Shown: positions 29,032 through 39,791, counted from the stretch's first letter. The stretch: 64,000 nt of DNA from an uncultured Methanosarcinales archaeon (GCA_964455675.1 CAYVYK010000005.1:1-64000), one strand, 5' to 3'. Notes: generated from the letters alone by a model not told the origin. Made by a program: numbers and translations.

Positions 29032-30207
29032 ATGTCGGGTTTTTTAGCATGGGTGGTCACCTACAAATGGCAATTGGTATTCTATGCAATTGTTATTCTA
29101 CTCGTATGGCTGCTGAGGAAACGCCTCGAGATGCATGGTATTATGGGGTTATTCCATACTAAGGTTGGTATTAAGACGATTGACCGGCTTGCGGCGAAGT
29201 ATGGCGAGTGGTTTCGTCTTTTCGGTCTCGCAAGCATTGGTATAGCTTTCATCGGTCTTGGTATGATAATCTACTGGTTTCTTGATAGTCTATGGAAGCT
29301 CTTCACCGTCCCAAATACGCCTCCTCCAGTCTCATTAGTCATCCCTGGTTTCCCGATTCTCGGCCTCGGGATAACGCCTCCATTGATCATTGGATGGCTT
29401 GCGCTCTTCACGATTGTGACAATTCATGAGTGCAGCCATGGCGTGATCGCGCGTGTCCATAACCTCAAGATTCTCTCGACAGGCCTCCTGTTCATTGGAA
29501 TTCCTCTCGGCGCATTTGTCCGTCCTGATGAGAAAAAGATGGCGAAGCAGGATGATGTTGTACAATATAGCATTCTCGCTGCCGGTCCTGTTTCAAATCT
29601 TGTTACTGGTTTCTTCCTGCTGCTCGTGGCAAGTTTGCTCATAGTCCCGGCAATGGGTACGTTTGTGAATCAGGAAGGGTATCGGATTGCAGAAGTGATT
29701 GACGGAACTCCCGCAAAAGAAGCAGGTCTTGTCTCGACGATGGTGATTACGAGGATTGACAATGTCTCAATTAAGAACTCGGAGAATTTGACATCCGTGC
29801 TCCGTGGGTATCGTGCTGGTGATCGTATCCATATGATGGCGAATGGCACATCCTTTGCGGTAACACTCGCCGCTCATCCTGATGTGAAAAATTCCGCCTA
29901 CCTTGGTATCAAGGGTGGGGATAATCTTGTGCTGAAGGATCGTTCGTTCCTGATGGTTGCAGCATACGCTGTGTTGAGCATTCTCTTTGAGTTCTTCAAG
30001 TGGGTTTACATCCTGAGCTTTGGTATTGCGCTCGTTAATCTTTACCCGATCTTCATCACGGATGGCGCGCAAATGCTTCGCATCTTCTTCATGCGGCTCA
30101 TGAAGTCCAAGGATCAGGCGATCAAGTGGTGGGCTGGTATCAACAAGTTCTGCCTTGCGCTTCTCATCTTCCTCTTCTTCTTTGGCATCGTCAAGCAGTT
30201 GTTCTAG
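29032..30207 (+). CDS. Site-2 (M50) intramembrane protease with PDZ domain
   Basis: HECSHG, GAFV, AGPVSN, NLYPIFITDG; PDZ insert. Confidence 0.93.
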   Translation: MSGFLAWVVTYKWQLVFYAIVILLVWLLRKRLEMHGIMGLFHTKVGIKTIDRLAAKYGEWFRLFGLASIGIAFIGLGMIIYWFLDSLWKLFTVPNTPPPVSLVIPGFPILGLGITPPLIIGWLALFTIVTIHECSHGVIARVHNLKILSTGLLFIGIPLGAFVRPDEKKMAKQDDVVQYSILAAGPVSNLVTGFFLLLVASLLIVPAMGTFVNQEGYRIAEVIDGTPAKEAGLVSTMVITRIDNVSIKNSENLTSVLRGYRAGDRIHMMANGTSFAVTLAAHPDVKNSAYLGIKGGDNLVLKDRSFLMVAAYAVLSILFEFFKWVYILSFGIALVNLYPIFITDGAQMLRIFFMRLMKSKDQAIKWWAGINKFCLALLIFLFFFGIVKQLF

Positions 30208-30250
30208 TTTTTCAATCATCTTTATAAACGGGCAGTGTACTGTCAAGAGC

Positions 30251-30946
30251 ATGCTAACAGTAATCTTGATCCAGCCAGAAAATCCTGGTAACATCGGCGC
30301 GGTCGCGCGAGCTATGGCGAATTTTGACTGCAAGGATCTCGTGCTGATCGATCCAAAATGTAAACCCCACGCGAGGACTGCTTGGCAGCGGGCAAAACAT
30401 GCCTCGCCTATTCTGAAGAATGCGAAGATACGCACGATGGCTGCCGTAAAGCGATTTGATGTCATCGTCGGTACAACCGCAAAGCTTGGCACTGATTATA
30501 ACATTGGTCGAAGTCCTGTTACCCCTAGGCAGCTGGCAGAAATGCTTCCTCGTGGTTGCAGGAAAGTTGGTCTTGTGTTCGGTCGTGAAAGCAATGGTCT
30601 TACGAATGAGGAGATTCGGATGTGTGATTTTGTCGTGACAATCCCCTCATCGAAGAAGTCCGGCGCGATGAACCTCTCCCATGCTGTGGCTATCCTCTTA
30701 TACGAACTCCATCCGCTTCAGGGGAAACCCTTTGTTGGAGATCACATCACACTCGCCTCCGCAAAAGAGAAGGAAGTGATCATGCGTTACCTCGATCAGG
30801 TTCTTGCTCGTATGGTATTCGCCAAGGAGAGCAAGCGTGACACCCAGCGCCGTGTGTGGAGGAGGATGATCAGCAAATCTTTCCTCTCCCAGCGCGAAGC
30901 GGCTAGCCTCATGGGTTTTCTAAGAAAAGTGCAAAAAGATCTCTGA
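30251..30946 (+). CDS. trmJ: SPOUT tRNA methyltransferase, TrmJ family
   Basis: PENPGNIGAVARAMANF, VFGRESNGLTNEE, MNLSHAV. Confidence 0.9.
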   Translation: MLTVILIQPENPGNIGAVARAMANFDCKDLVLIDPKCKPHARTAWQRAKHASPILKNAKIRTMAAVKRFDVIVGTTAKLGTDYNIGRSPVTPRQLAEMLPRGCRKVGLVFGRESNGLTNEEIRMCDFVVTIPSSKKSGAMNLSHAVAILLYELHPLQGKPFVGDHITLASAKEKEVIMRYLDQVLARMVFAKESKRDTQRRVWRRMISKSFLSQREAASLMGFLRKVQKDL

Positions 30947-31013
30947 ATGATCCGCGTACCCTTACGCTCAATCTCGCAGCACAAAGAGAGCACCATAATC
31001 CATACCGAGCACA

Positions 31014-31082
31014 GGCATCATTCTTGCAATGAAGATGCCGTCCATTCAAGGCCGACCAGAGGGAGGCCGACCGTCCTCCTAT
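31014..31082. repeat. Dispersed copy of the 11.9-kb hairpin/REP-like element
   Basis: GAAGATGCCGTCC..CAAGGCCGACCAGAGGGAGGCCGACCGTCCT aligns with 11910-11958. Confidence 0.7.
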
Positions 31083-31214
31083 GGTAGTAGTTGTTATCAT
31101 CAGAATTTGTAATCATCTAATCTTTAATCACCATAACATAATTCACCGAGAAAACCCCGTGCGACTGGTGTATGCGAATTAATTATTGTACTTAAACGCA
31201 AGAGAACAGCGGGT

Positions 31215-31547
31215 TCACCGCGCCTTTTTCTTGAAGTGTGTGTCCAATTGTTCGGTTCGGTGAGGATTCCCATTCCTACCAACTTTGTAATAGTGTTGTT
31301 CGGTTTCGCTTCCCCAAGAATAATCGCCTTTCTTCTTCTTGACTTCGACCTTTTCTATTTCTCCCAATGTCACGCCTTTGTGGAGGTGGTAGTAGATGAG
31401 TCGTAGTGTAATCTTTGGAAAGAGTGTGCGGTAGTGCTTGTATATTTCGTACCCGTAGGCTTTCCCAGTATAACCGAGGATATCTACCATGTTATACCGG
31501 ACGACGCTGTGGACTGGCCTCCCTCTGGGCCTTCGTGTCTCCGCCAT
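31215..31547 (-). CDS. PadR-like winged-helix protein
   Basis: RGRP, AYGYEIYK, LIYYHLHKG, YYKVG. Confidence 0.75.
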   Translation of the reverse strand: MAETRRPRGRPVHSVVRYNMVDILGYTGKAYGYEIYKHYRTLFPKITLRLIYYHLHKGVTLGEIEKVEVKKKKGDYSWGSETEQHYYKVGRNGNPHRTEQLDTHFKKKAR

Positions 31548-31600
31548 GCGGCATTTGGTGTACATAACCTTTATAAAATCTTCTCCCTTAGGACCGATGA

Positions 31601-32170
31601 ATGGTATCAAAGATCAAACAAATATTGCTCGCGGTTGGAATCATGGTTATCTTCAATTTCTTTGTGTTCTATGGTATCGAGGCGTTCTACGACTCCCCTG
31701 AATACCAGGATTTCTGCCCTGACCGTCCGTTTCCCGTTATGAATGAGACACAGGAGACGTGCGAATCTGCCGGTGGTTATTGGAACCCGCCGATGTGCCC
31801 TTCAGGCGAGAAATGCCAAGGGTATTGCGACATGTATTACAAGTGCCAGAAAGAGTTCGATGCGGCAAGGAAACCTTATGAACGGAACGTATTCGTTATC
31901 AGCATGGTTATTGGTATCCTCACAATCCTGGTGTCGCTATTCCTTCCCCTCGAGAGCGTTTCCTCCGGTTTCATGGCAGGTGGTGTAATCGTGCTCATCG
32001 TCGGTGTTATCAGGTATTGGAATGACCTAAACGAGGTATTGCGTTTTGTTATCCTCGGGATCGTGCTTGCCATCCTCGTCTGGATTGGATACCGGAAGTT
32101 GAATCCCAAGCTCGAGCAATCCGAGAAAGCGCCGCCGCAAGAGAGGCCTGTAAAATCGAGAAAGCGGTGA
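31601..32170 (+). CDS. Hypothetical membrane protein
   Basis: 4 TM helices and a Cys-rich loop. Confidence 0.75.
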   Translation: MVSKIKQILLAVGIMVIFNFFVFYGIEAFYDSPEYQDFCPDRPFPVMNETQETCESAGGYWNPPMCPSGEKCQGYCDMYYKCQKEFDAARKPYERNVFVISMVIGILTILVSLFLPLESVSSGFMAGGVIVLIVGVIRYWNDLNEVLRFVILGIVLAILVWIGYRKLNPKLEQSEKAPPQERPVKSRKR

Positions 32171-32201
32171 AGTTTCTATAGCCGCCTCAATTCATCGCAA
32201 A

Positions 32202-33149
32202 GTGAAATTTTTTCTTGAGCTCTCAAGAGAGCATCAGACCCTTCCGGCAAGCGAAGCGCTGCAACTGCTAAAGCCAATAGTCCATCATTCAGAGGAGAAT
32301 CTGCTTCTGATGGGTTTAAGGAAGGACCGTCTTGAAAAGCTTGGTCATCGTCTTGCCTATACGAAGTCCTGTTATGAATTTCTTTTCAGTTGCGACAGGA
32401 GTGAGCTTGACTCTTTAATTGCATCATTTGATTGGCAGTCTCATTATAAGAAAAGTTTTGCCGTTCGGCTGCAGCAGGGTGATGGGACGATTTCTGAGCG
32501 TGAAATCGCAGATCTTGTGTGGCATCGATTGAGAAAGCCAAAGGTTGATCTTGACCATGCCTGTTCCGAGTTCCATTTTTTTATGCTGCGTAAGGTCGTT
32601 GTCGTGGGTAGATTGTTGTGGAAAAATCCTTCTGTCCATCGTGAAAAACCCTTGAATCATCCAACTTCTCTTCCTCCAAAGCTTGCTCGTGGAATCGTGA
32701 ATCTCGTCGGTGTCGAGCGGGGAAATGTGCTCGATCCCTTTTGTGGTGTGGGCGGAATTCTTGTTGAGGCAGGTATCATGGGTCTTGTTCCGGTTGGGTA
32801 TGACATCAATCCTGTGATGGTGAATGCCGCGAAACGGAATGTGAGCTATTTTAAAATAAAGAAGTTTGACATCACGCACGGTGATGCGACGCAGCACAAG
32901 AATAAAGTTGACTACATTGTGACTGATGTTCCGTATGGGAAGAACACGGGCGTGAAGGATATTACGTCCCTCTATGATGCGTTCCTGAAAATTCTGCCAA
33001 GGATCTTGAAGAAGCGCGCGGTGATTGTGTTCCCCCACTGGTCTCGTTATAAATCGCTGATTAAGAAGCACAGGCTGAAGATCATAGAGGAGTTTGATGT
33101 GTATGTCCATAAGACGATGACAAGAAAAGTCGTTTTAATTTCTCGCTAG
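32202..33149 (+). CDS. THUMP-domain tRNA m2G10 methyltransferase (Trm11/TrmG10-like)
   Basis: PTSLPPKLAR, LDPFCGVGG, VTDVPYG. Confidence 0.88.
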   Translation: MKFFLELSREHQTLPASEALQLLKPIVHHSEENLLLMGLRKDRLEKLGHRLAYTKSCYEFLFSCDRSELDSLIASFDWQSHYKKSFAVRLQQGDGTISEREIADLVWHRLRKPKVDLDHACSEFHFFMLRKVVVVGRLLWKNPSVHREKPLNHPTSLPPKLARGIVNLVGVERGNVLDPFCGVGGILVEAGIMGLVPVGYDINPVMVNAAKRNVSYFKIKKFDITHGDATQHKNKVDYIVTDVPYGKNTGVKDITSLYDAFLKILPRILKKRAVIVFPHWSRYKSLIKKHRLKIIEEFDVYVHKTMTRKVVLISR

Positions 33150-33791
33150 TCCTAACTCCTCATAGACATCGCGCATTCTGGCGCGTCGTTCATACCGCTC
33201 TGGTTTTCTTCGTGCTTTTAATCTGGCAACGAGTCCGCCCTGGATCATGAGTTCTCGCATGTCATCGATCACTCTGTAGATTGGATCAAGGTGTCCGTTG
33301 CCATCAGGCGTGAACGCGTGTAATTCAATATATCTCCCTCCCCACCGTCGCATAGCATCTCTCGATGCCGTGAGGAACTCAAGCCTTCCGACTTGTCCCG
33401 TTCCCATGCTAACAAATGTATCAACAGCGATCGCTACCGCTTCATCGTTCGCTGGAGTGTTCGTGATTCCTTCCGCATATTCAACTCGCTGTGAAGCATA
33501 TCTTCCTTCAATGATGCTAGCAAGATAGAGCCCTGTGATCGGTTCGATTCCGCGAGTTGGCACACGTATCATATGCTTTGCTGCCCGCCAGAGATGGAGG
33601 CGCAGCATCTGGAATGCTTGGTCTGATGAGTATGCCCCATCCATCGGAATTCTTTGTCCATCGATGCATGGAAACAATTCTCGGACGGCCTCGCGTCCAT
33701 TCGACAAGCGGACGATATTTCTTGCGGTTTCTTCGACGAGCCGGTCCATCTGGCTCGCTGCATGATCCTCTTGAACATCAGTCTTTTGCAT
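33135..33791 (-). CDS. Hypothetical protein
   Basis: 218-aa ORF; TATA upstream; no motif recognised. Confidence 0.6.
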   Translation of the reverse strand: MQKTDVQEDHAASQMDRLVEETARNIVRLSNGREAVRELFPCIDGQRIPMDGAYSSDQAFQMLRLHLWRAAKHMIRVPTRGIEPITGLYLASIIEGRYASQRVEYAEGITNTPANDEAVAIAVDTFVSMGTGQVGRLEFLTASRDAMRRWGGRYIELHAFTPDGNGHLDPIYRVIDDMRELMIQGGLVARLKARRKPERYERRARMRDVYEELGLARN

Positions 33792-33911
33792 CGTGAGGGG
33801 AAGGTGGGACTTGAAATCTATATAAAACTTATATTTTATCAGGATTTCTCGATGATAGATGATGTGAATCCATCAGAATTCTTATATAAATCGTCGTATT
33901 CTAGCTTGGGC

Positions 33912-34421
33912 ATGCAGCATCTGAGAAAGACCATCCTGTTCAGGGGACTGACACGTGCTTTAAGGTCATATCCAGAAAGCCCTGTTGTTTTTGGTAAGCG
34001 TGGTCTTGTCCGATCGATTGTGGACGGTTCAACCCTGGATTTTGATGTATGGTATTACTTGCTGAAGGGAAATTCACTCGGCTATGTCGACGGAAAATTC
34101 GATGCATTTAGGGATATCGCTGATATGGTCGCGCCTGTGATCCTTGAGGAGGCTCCCGGTATTGTTGCATCTGAGGAGCTTGATGCTCTTGCAAGAAAGT
34201 ATCGGCATTACTCGCATATCTTTGTTAAATACGATCGCGGTTCATTTCCTTGGATGTATTCTGCGCGTCCTGCTTATCAAGGCAAAGTGCGCGTTCCAAG
34301 CATGCTGTTTTCCTGTGATGAGCAGGGGTTCTATCGTAGTGCTGGGGATGAGAACATTAGGGACTGGGTGCGAGAATCGAGGCGTTCGCTTAATGCGCTC
34401 CTGCAGCAGCCGGTATACTAA
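33912..34421 (+). CDS. Hypothetical protein
   Basis: Start taken at MQHLRK after TTATATAAA; the longer ORF overlaps the divergent gene. Confidence 0.55.
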   Translation: MQHLRKTILFRGLTRALRSYPESPVVFGKRGLVRSIVDGSTLDFDVWYYLLKGNSLGYVDGKFDAFRDIADMVAPVILEEAPGIVASEELDALARKYRHYSHIFVKYDRGSFPWMYSARPAYQGKVRVPSMLFSCDEQGFYRSAGDENIRDWVRESRRSLNALLQQPVY

Positions 34422-34444
34422 CGTTCTACCTGCTGAGGGTTGAA

Positions 34445-34654
34445 TTACTCAGAGGGTAGTGCGAGGCGCTCATATAAGAGGAGCATTGCGATACCGACAG
34501 CGACGAGGACGATTCCATAGAACGTGGTACGGTGCGCGTCGATGCCCTTTCCGACCACTGATCCTGTGAGTGTTGCGTGCACGCTGAGGATGAGGATGAT
34601 ACCGATAAAAATGAGTAGCAGGTTGACGATGATGAAGGTTCTCTTGAACGCCAT
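34445..34654 (-). CDS. Small two-TM membrane protein (paralog 2)
   Basis: MAFKRTFII..LTGSVVG; GAGGT RBS. Confidence 0.7.
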   Translation of the reverse strand: MAFKRTFIIVNLLLIFIGIILILSVHATLTGSVVGKGIDAHRTTFYGIVLVAVGIAMLLLYERLALPSE

Positions 34655-34659
34655 GTACC

Positions 34660-34860
34660 TCACGGTTGTCTGCTTGACTCAACGAGGAACATCAGAAGGC
34701 CAAGGAAGATGAATACCGTCCCAAAGAACGTTGCGCGTTCGGGGGAAATGACAGTGCCAACGACAGCACCTGTGATGCTTTGCTTCGCGTTTAAGACGAG
34801 CAGCACGCCGATCGCGATCATCAGTACATTGATGATGATGAACGTTCTTTTAAATGCCAT
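34660..34860 (-). CDS. Small two-TM membrane protein (paralog 1)
   Basis: MAFKRTFII..ITGAVVG. Confidence 0.7.
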   Translation of the reverse strand: MAFKRTFIIINVLMIAIGVLLVLNAKQSITGAVVGTVISPERATFFGTVFIFLGLLMFLVESSRQP

Positions 34861-35172
34861 ATAGGGTCTTCTGCGTTTGAATTATTTAAACATTGCGCAC
34901 GGGGCAGAGAAAGCTCGTTCTGAACGCCCTTCATATCCATCCCTAATCTGTGGACTTGGACGCGTGTTGGCCATCCATCTGACTATCGATTGCCATTTCT
35001 GCACCGTCGTTCCTGCATGCCCTGTTCTAGGTTTGTGTGCAGAAAGGAACAGGTCGTGCCGTCAGGCCGCAATTTTTTTAGGTTCAGTATTCAATGGCGA
35101 ACTGAGTTCACCAGAAAATGTGCAGGTAACTGCTAACGGAAAAAAGAAGGAAAAGAAAAAAATGCAAAAAGC

Positions 35173-35529
35173 CTAGTGCTTCTTGCCGATGCGCCAGACT
35201 TCCTTCAGTGCGACGACGATTGTCGCTGGCACGATGAAGACCATCAAGGCGTTAAATACTGGCCCGAGATACGGTCCGATCCACAGCACCATGCTGAGGC
35301 TCGAGACGCCCTGTCCGGCGTACGATACGATGACGAGCATTGTGGAGATCTCGAGGAACTCCCGCACTTCCATGTCCGTTATGTTCAGGAACCCAACAAT
35401 GAGTCCGAGAATGATGAGGATGGACAGGAGCACGCTAAGCCCGTTCGGAACGAATACTGATATGATTCCTATCGCTACAGCTAAAACAACTCCAAGCACG
35501 AATGCATGGCTTCCAATCTTATCTTTCAT
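35173..35529 (-). CDS. Four-TM membrane protein
   Basis: LGLIVGFLNIT..E..FL, FIVPATIVVALK; GGTGAGG RBS. Confidence 0.8.
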   Translation of the reverse strand: MKDKIGSHAFVLGVVLAVAIGIISVFVPNGLSVLLSILIILGLIVGFLNITDMEVREFLEISTMLVIVSYAGQGVSSLSMVLWIGPYLGPVFNALMVFIVPATIVVALKEVWRIGKKH

Positions 35530-35666
35530 TCCCTCACCCCTTTTTTGGAATTTACTCCTGTATCCCGAATTTCCCTATTTAATATTATGTTACGATTCAG
35601 GAGTGAAGGCGTTCCGTCGGTAACAGAGGATAATGGAAAGGAATTCAACATGAGAATATGCCAACC

Positions 35667-36902
35667 CTATTGAAGGATGCTGATCCGTGCGACTCGTTCC
35701 TTAATGGAAGGGTCGTCAAGCGCGCTTCTTACATGTTCAAGAAGCAGTGTTTTGTCTCGTGGAACGGTTGCATATAGTCTACCATTCCGGACATGGGTTT
35801 TTCGGTATTTCTTTCGAAAGATGGTTGCAAACTTCTTCATATCCACAGGAGGGCCTTCACGCTCAATGGATGGCGCGAGCTTGTCCCGTGTAAACACATA
35901 CCAGAAGTATGCTTTGCTGTCTCGGTCCCACCACCATCCCTTTTTGATGATTCCGAACTCTTCCAGTTCTTTGGTTATTGTCTCGTATGCCTTGATGAGT
36001 TTTGCACCGATGATGTCTTCCTTCCCGTGTGCTGTTCCAACGTCAAAGATGATATGGTAACGGTTTTTACGGATTTCCTCAATGGACAGCTGTTTATAGA
36101 TGAAGAATTCCTTGCCAGGTTTCTTAAGGAATTCTCTGCATGCACGGATAAATGCATGGTATGTCTCCTCGCTGACGGCAGCTGAGGCGTTCCTGTAGGG
36201 CTGGATTGGATCGACGACAACGAGAGGCCCTTCGATCTTGCTATGGTTGAACTCCTCAAGTTTTGTTCCGTGTTTTTTGACATCGATGAATGTCTTGGGC
36301 CGCCACTTGCATGCTGCGCGTACGAGTGGAAGGAATCCTCCGTAGTTCACGATGAGAATGTCAATGACATGCCCTGAGAATCCGTGGATGTAACTTTCCG
36401 CTCCGTAGACTTCTTGCGCCCTGCAAAAGACTTTCGCGATGATAACTTCTTCTCGCAGTTTCTTGCCTAGGGCCTTTCGCGCCCATGCGACATGCATCGG
36501 GGAAAAATCTGTAACATTGAGGGCTTCTGATGCCTTGCTGATTTTGAGGACGGGAACAACCTCGATTTCCTTGTTGATCATGAAGTAGTCCCTGCTTCCG
36601 TGCACCCGCTCTGTTTTAATCGGCTTGAGTGCCTTGGCAAGAAGATCACTGAGGTTTTCTTTTGCGTATTTCTTGTCAAACTGCACAAAGAGGTCACAGT
36701 CGAATTCGTTTCGAAGATGTGTCATCTTCGCAACGCTTCCTCCGATCATGACGTTCGCTTTGATGTGTTTTTTTGCGAGCTCTCGAGAAATTGTCTGAAT
36801 GATAGGTTTCACGCGCGATAGCGCTTCTTTTCCCCCTGCATGTTCCCGCAAGACTTCTGTGCGGATCGTACTCCATGAATCCTTTTTCTGCTTCACATCC
36901 AT
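35667..36902 (-). CDS. cca: Archaeal (class I) CCA-adding enzyme
   Basis: GGSVAK..DCDLFV, VYGAES..GFSG, VVDP..RNAS. Confidence 0.95.
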   Translation of the reverse strand: MDVKQKKDSWSTIRTEVLREHAGGKEALSRVKPIIQTISRELAKKHIKANVMIGGSVAKMTHLRNEFDCDLFVQFDKKYAKENLSDLLAKALKPIKTERVHGSRDYFMINKEIEVVPVLKISKASEALNVTDFSPMHVAWARKALGKKLREEVIIAKVFCRAQEVYGAESYIHGFSGHVIDILIVNYGGFLPLVRAACKWRPKTFIDVKKHGTKLEEFNHSKIEGPLVVVDPIQPYRNASAAVSEETYHAFIRACREFLKKPGKEFFIYKQLSIEEIRKNRYHIIFDVGTAHGKEDIIGAKLIKAYETITKELEEFGIIKKGWWWDRDSKAYFWYVFTRDKLAPSIEREGPPVDMKKFATIFRKKYRKTHVRNGRLYATVPRDKTLLLEHVRSALDDPSIKERVARISILQ

Positions 36903-36999
36903 CCCCGTAATTCCTGCTGTGCAGTCTCTTTATATACCTTTGGTTCAGGCTATTAATGGATTCATGGGAGAATACAAGCGCAGTGCTACCCTCTCTAGT

Positions 37000-37413
37000 T
37001 TACGGTGTAGGCTCGAATTCGCGTCGTAATTCCTCATACAGTGCCTGCCTGGCCTCGCGACTCCGTTGCTCATTGCTTGCGTCTTTCGCAGTTTTCGCTG
37101 CCTGGTCCGCTCGTTCCTGCTCTGCCTTTCGCTCGTCGTAAACCTGCATCCAGTTTTCTCTCCAAAGAAGTTCCGCGGGATGTTCTTCATAGCTTGTCTC
37201 CGGGTGGCAGTGGCAGGCGCCGTTATACCGTATCACGAAGGTATCCGCATCAAAATCCACGCCCTCGACTCGTCCGCGCCAGTTTTCTCGTTCTGCTTCT
37301 GGTACGCCGTAGAGGAATACTTCGAGTGCGCGTGCTCGGAATTTTTCTTGCTGGTCGTGAAATAATGAATAGACCGTATCTTCGATCGGTTGACTATCAG
37401 GTTGGTTGCTCAT
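37000..37413 (-). CDS. Hypothetical protein
   Basis: 137 aa; GGAGG RBS; C-terminal coiled coil. Confidence 0.6.
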   Translation of the reverse strand: MSNQPDSQPIEDTVYSLFHDQQEKFRARALEVFLYGVPEAERENWRGRVEGVDFDADTFVIRYNGACHCHPETSYEEHPAELLWRENWMQVYDERKAEQERADQAAKTAKDASNEQRSREARQALYEELRREFEPTP

Positions 37414-37524
37414 CTGTAACCTCCGTTTATCGCGAATCCTTTCGAATTTTTATCACTTGTGGTTTTCTCCCTGGTGGCTTTTTTCATCCCAACCTTTATT
37501 AATTCCGCTCACGGATATGCTTCG

Positions 37525-38052
37525 ATGCTCAAGCTTGTTGCTAACATCTCGCTGCTAATTATCGCACTTGTGGCATTATATTTCATAGCTCCAAAGTTTA
37601 CTGGCGAGCTTTCGGGAGTGACGGGTAACGTCATCCTCGACGAATGCGTTGATTCTGATGGGGGCCTCATGGTTGATGTCTTTGGCGTCGTAAAGCAAGG
37701 TTGCATACGCGTCGAGGACTGCTGTCGGAAATCTGGCGTTGGTCCGTGTGTGGAGAATGCGGATGCGCTTGTTGAGACCCATTGCGAGCAGGGGGAACCA
37801 AATTTCCTGATCCACCACTGTACGTATGGATGTACCCATGGCGCGTGCAGGGATTCTGAGGGGGGGACACAAGACTCGTTTGCGAAAAATCCCTCGTTGC
37901 TTGAGCACTTCCGTCTGGCGCCAAATTGTACGAATAGCATAACTGACATTCGCGATCTCGTGCCCTCGCTTGACTGCGATTCCGCTTCTTGTGTCGCGCG
38001 GGAGAGCGTCAGGGAATCTGCGAAGATGATCGGCGACATATTACCCGAGTGA
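37525..38052 (+). CDS. Membrane-anchored Cys-rich surface protein
   Basis: TM helix, VTGNVI, CVDSDGG..C..CTYGC..GAC repeat. Confidence 0.75.
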   Translation: MLKLVANISLLIIALVALYFIAPKFTGELSGVTGNVILDECVDSDGGLMVDVFGVVKQGCIRVEDCCRKSGVGPCVENADALVETHCEQGEPNFLIHHCTYGCTHGACRDSEGGTQDSFAKNPSLLEHFRLAPNCTNSITDIRDLVPSLDCDSASCVARESVRESAKMIGDILPE

Positions 38053-38128
38053 TTATGTGAATGCTTTCTTCAGCTGAGCGAAAGTTTTATAATGCGTTAA
38101 TCCTGGATTCACTCCTGGAGGTAGGGAT

Positions 38129-39355
38129 ATGTCGTTATGGCTGTTCATGTCGTTTGTTGCGCTTTTGATTCTTGTGTCAATGTACATTCATTACCTTGCC
38201 GAGAAGCATAAGTTCTCATTTCCTCTCTTCATGCTGATCCTCGCGTCGATTTTCGCGTTTCTCACGAAGAGCTTTCTTGATACTACCTTGATGAATTTTT
38301 CCATGATCGATACGCTACTTTGGGTATGTATTGTAATCGTTTCGCTTGATGTCGCAAGCAGGCTCCACTGGAGGATGTGGGATCACTTTACAACTGAGGT
38401 ATTCAAGTTTGTAATCTTCGAGACCCTGCTCATGACAGTAGTTCTTTCCCTTGTGTTCTACTTCCTGTTTTTCAGCCATCAGCTCTCCTGGGCTGCATTC
38501 CTTGTGTGCGCATTTTTTTCTTGGCTCTGGGTGGGTACTACACCGTCTCATATCTCGTTTTCGCACTTTGATGCCGAGCGTCACCATCCTAACCTTCACG
38601 AGAAATTCATGGAATTATCTTCTTATCTTGGGGAGATGGCTACGATTCTGCTCATCTTTTTCTTCCTTCCATTCTTCATTTTTCTCCCAGGTCAGCCAGT
38701 CGTAAAGTATACGATTCATCCATTCATCACATGGGTAGTCTTTGGTGTGGGTACTGGTCTCCTTGGCGCGATGGCGATTGTACGGCTGCTGCGGGGTGAT
38801 TTTTCAGCAACATTCCATTCGCTTCTCCTCATCGTGTCAGCGTGGCTGGTCTACGCTTTCGCTTCGTTCATCAAAGGCAATGGAATCATCGCGGTACTTG
38901 CATTCGGTCTTGCGATCGGTATTTTTTCACTCAAGAATCGGGAGGAGATTCTGGCGCATTCCTCAAATCTCCGTGTGGTCATTGAGATTCTTGCCTTTTT
39001 CTTTGCAGCATGGCTGATATCTATTCCGACATCATGGTCCTTGTATGCTATTGCAATTCTCTGCTACATCGTATATGTTATCCTGCGGAATACTGCGCTT
39101 TACTTTTCCTTCGGCGAGGAATTGCCTATGCGCGAGCGTATGTATCTTGCGCTCTACACGCCAAAAGGCGTCGTGTTTGCGCTCTGCCTCTCAACGCTCT
39201 TCATGATCGCGCAGCGTATACCTCCTCCATTGGTGTTTCCGTTCAAGGAGCAGCTTACCCAGCTCTGTCAGGTATCGCTCATTTTCCTTTTCATTACATA
39301 CCTTGTTGCCTTTTACCTGGCGCCGAAACGTCACCATTATCTGAGAAGCGTGTGA
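38129..39355 (+). CDS. Cation:proton antiporter (CPA1/NhaP-like), divergent
   Basis: About 12 TM helices, GNGIIAV, TPKGVV. Confidence 0.75.
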   Translation: MSLWLFMSFVALLILVSMYIHYLAEKHKFSFPLFMLILASIFAFLTKSFLDTTLMNFSMIDTLLWVCIVIVSLDVASRLHWRMWDHFTTEVFKFVIFETLLMTVVLSLVFYFLFFSHQLSWAAFLVCAFFSWLWVGTTPSHISFSHFDAERHHPNLHEKFMELSSYLGEMATILLIFFFLPFFIFLPGQPVVKYTIHPFITWVVFGVGTGLLGAMAIVRLLRGDFSATFHSLLLIVSAWLVYAFASFIKGNGIIAVLAFGLAIGIFSLKNREEILAHSSNLRVVIEILAFFFAAWLISIPTSWSLYAIAILCYIVYVILRNTALYFSFGEELPMRERMYLALYTPKGVVFALCLSTLFMIAQRIPPPLVFPFKEQLTQLCQVSLIFLFITYLVAFYLAPKRHHYLRSV

Positions 39356-39358
39356 ATT

Positions 39359-39751
39359 ATGAGAATAATTCTCGATACGAACTTCCTTCTCATACCCGGC
39401 CAGTTTGGCGTCGACATCTTTGAGGAGATAGACCGGATTGCGAATTTTCCCTATACCCTTCATGTGGTGAGTGCCACGATCGCTGAACTCGAGAGACTGA
39501 TGGGAAATCAAAGACAGAAGGTTGTGGATCGTCGGGCGGCAAAGCTTGCGCTTGACCTTCTGAAGAAGTATCCGGTGAATATCATGCCTGTACCAGAGGA
39601 GGTTCTCGCTGATGATTCAATAGTGGAGATCGCGAAGGGCGCTGACATCCTTGTGGCGACGAATGATCGTGAGCTCATCGCTCGCCTCAAGCGCCTCTGT
39701 GTGCGAATCATCAGGCTACGTCAGAAAAAGCTTCTTACGATTGTGGGATGA
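39359..39751 (+). CDS. PIN-domain ribonuclease (Fcf1/Utp24-like)
   Basis: IILDTNFL, ADD, VATNDREL, IRLRQKK. Confidence 0.92.
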   Translation: MRIILDTNFLLIPGQFGVDIFEEIDRIANFPYTLHVVSATIAELERLMGNQRQKVVDRRAAKLALDLLKKYPVNIMPVPEEVLADDSIVEIAKGADILVATNDRELIARLKRLCVRIIRLRQKKLLTIVG

Positions 39752-39791
39752 GGCCACAAAGCATTTAAAACAACGTTCTTTCTTCGTGGAT

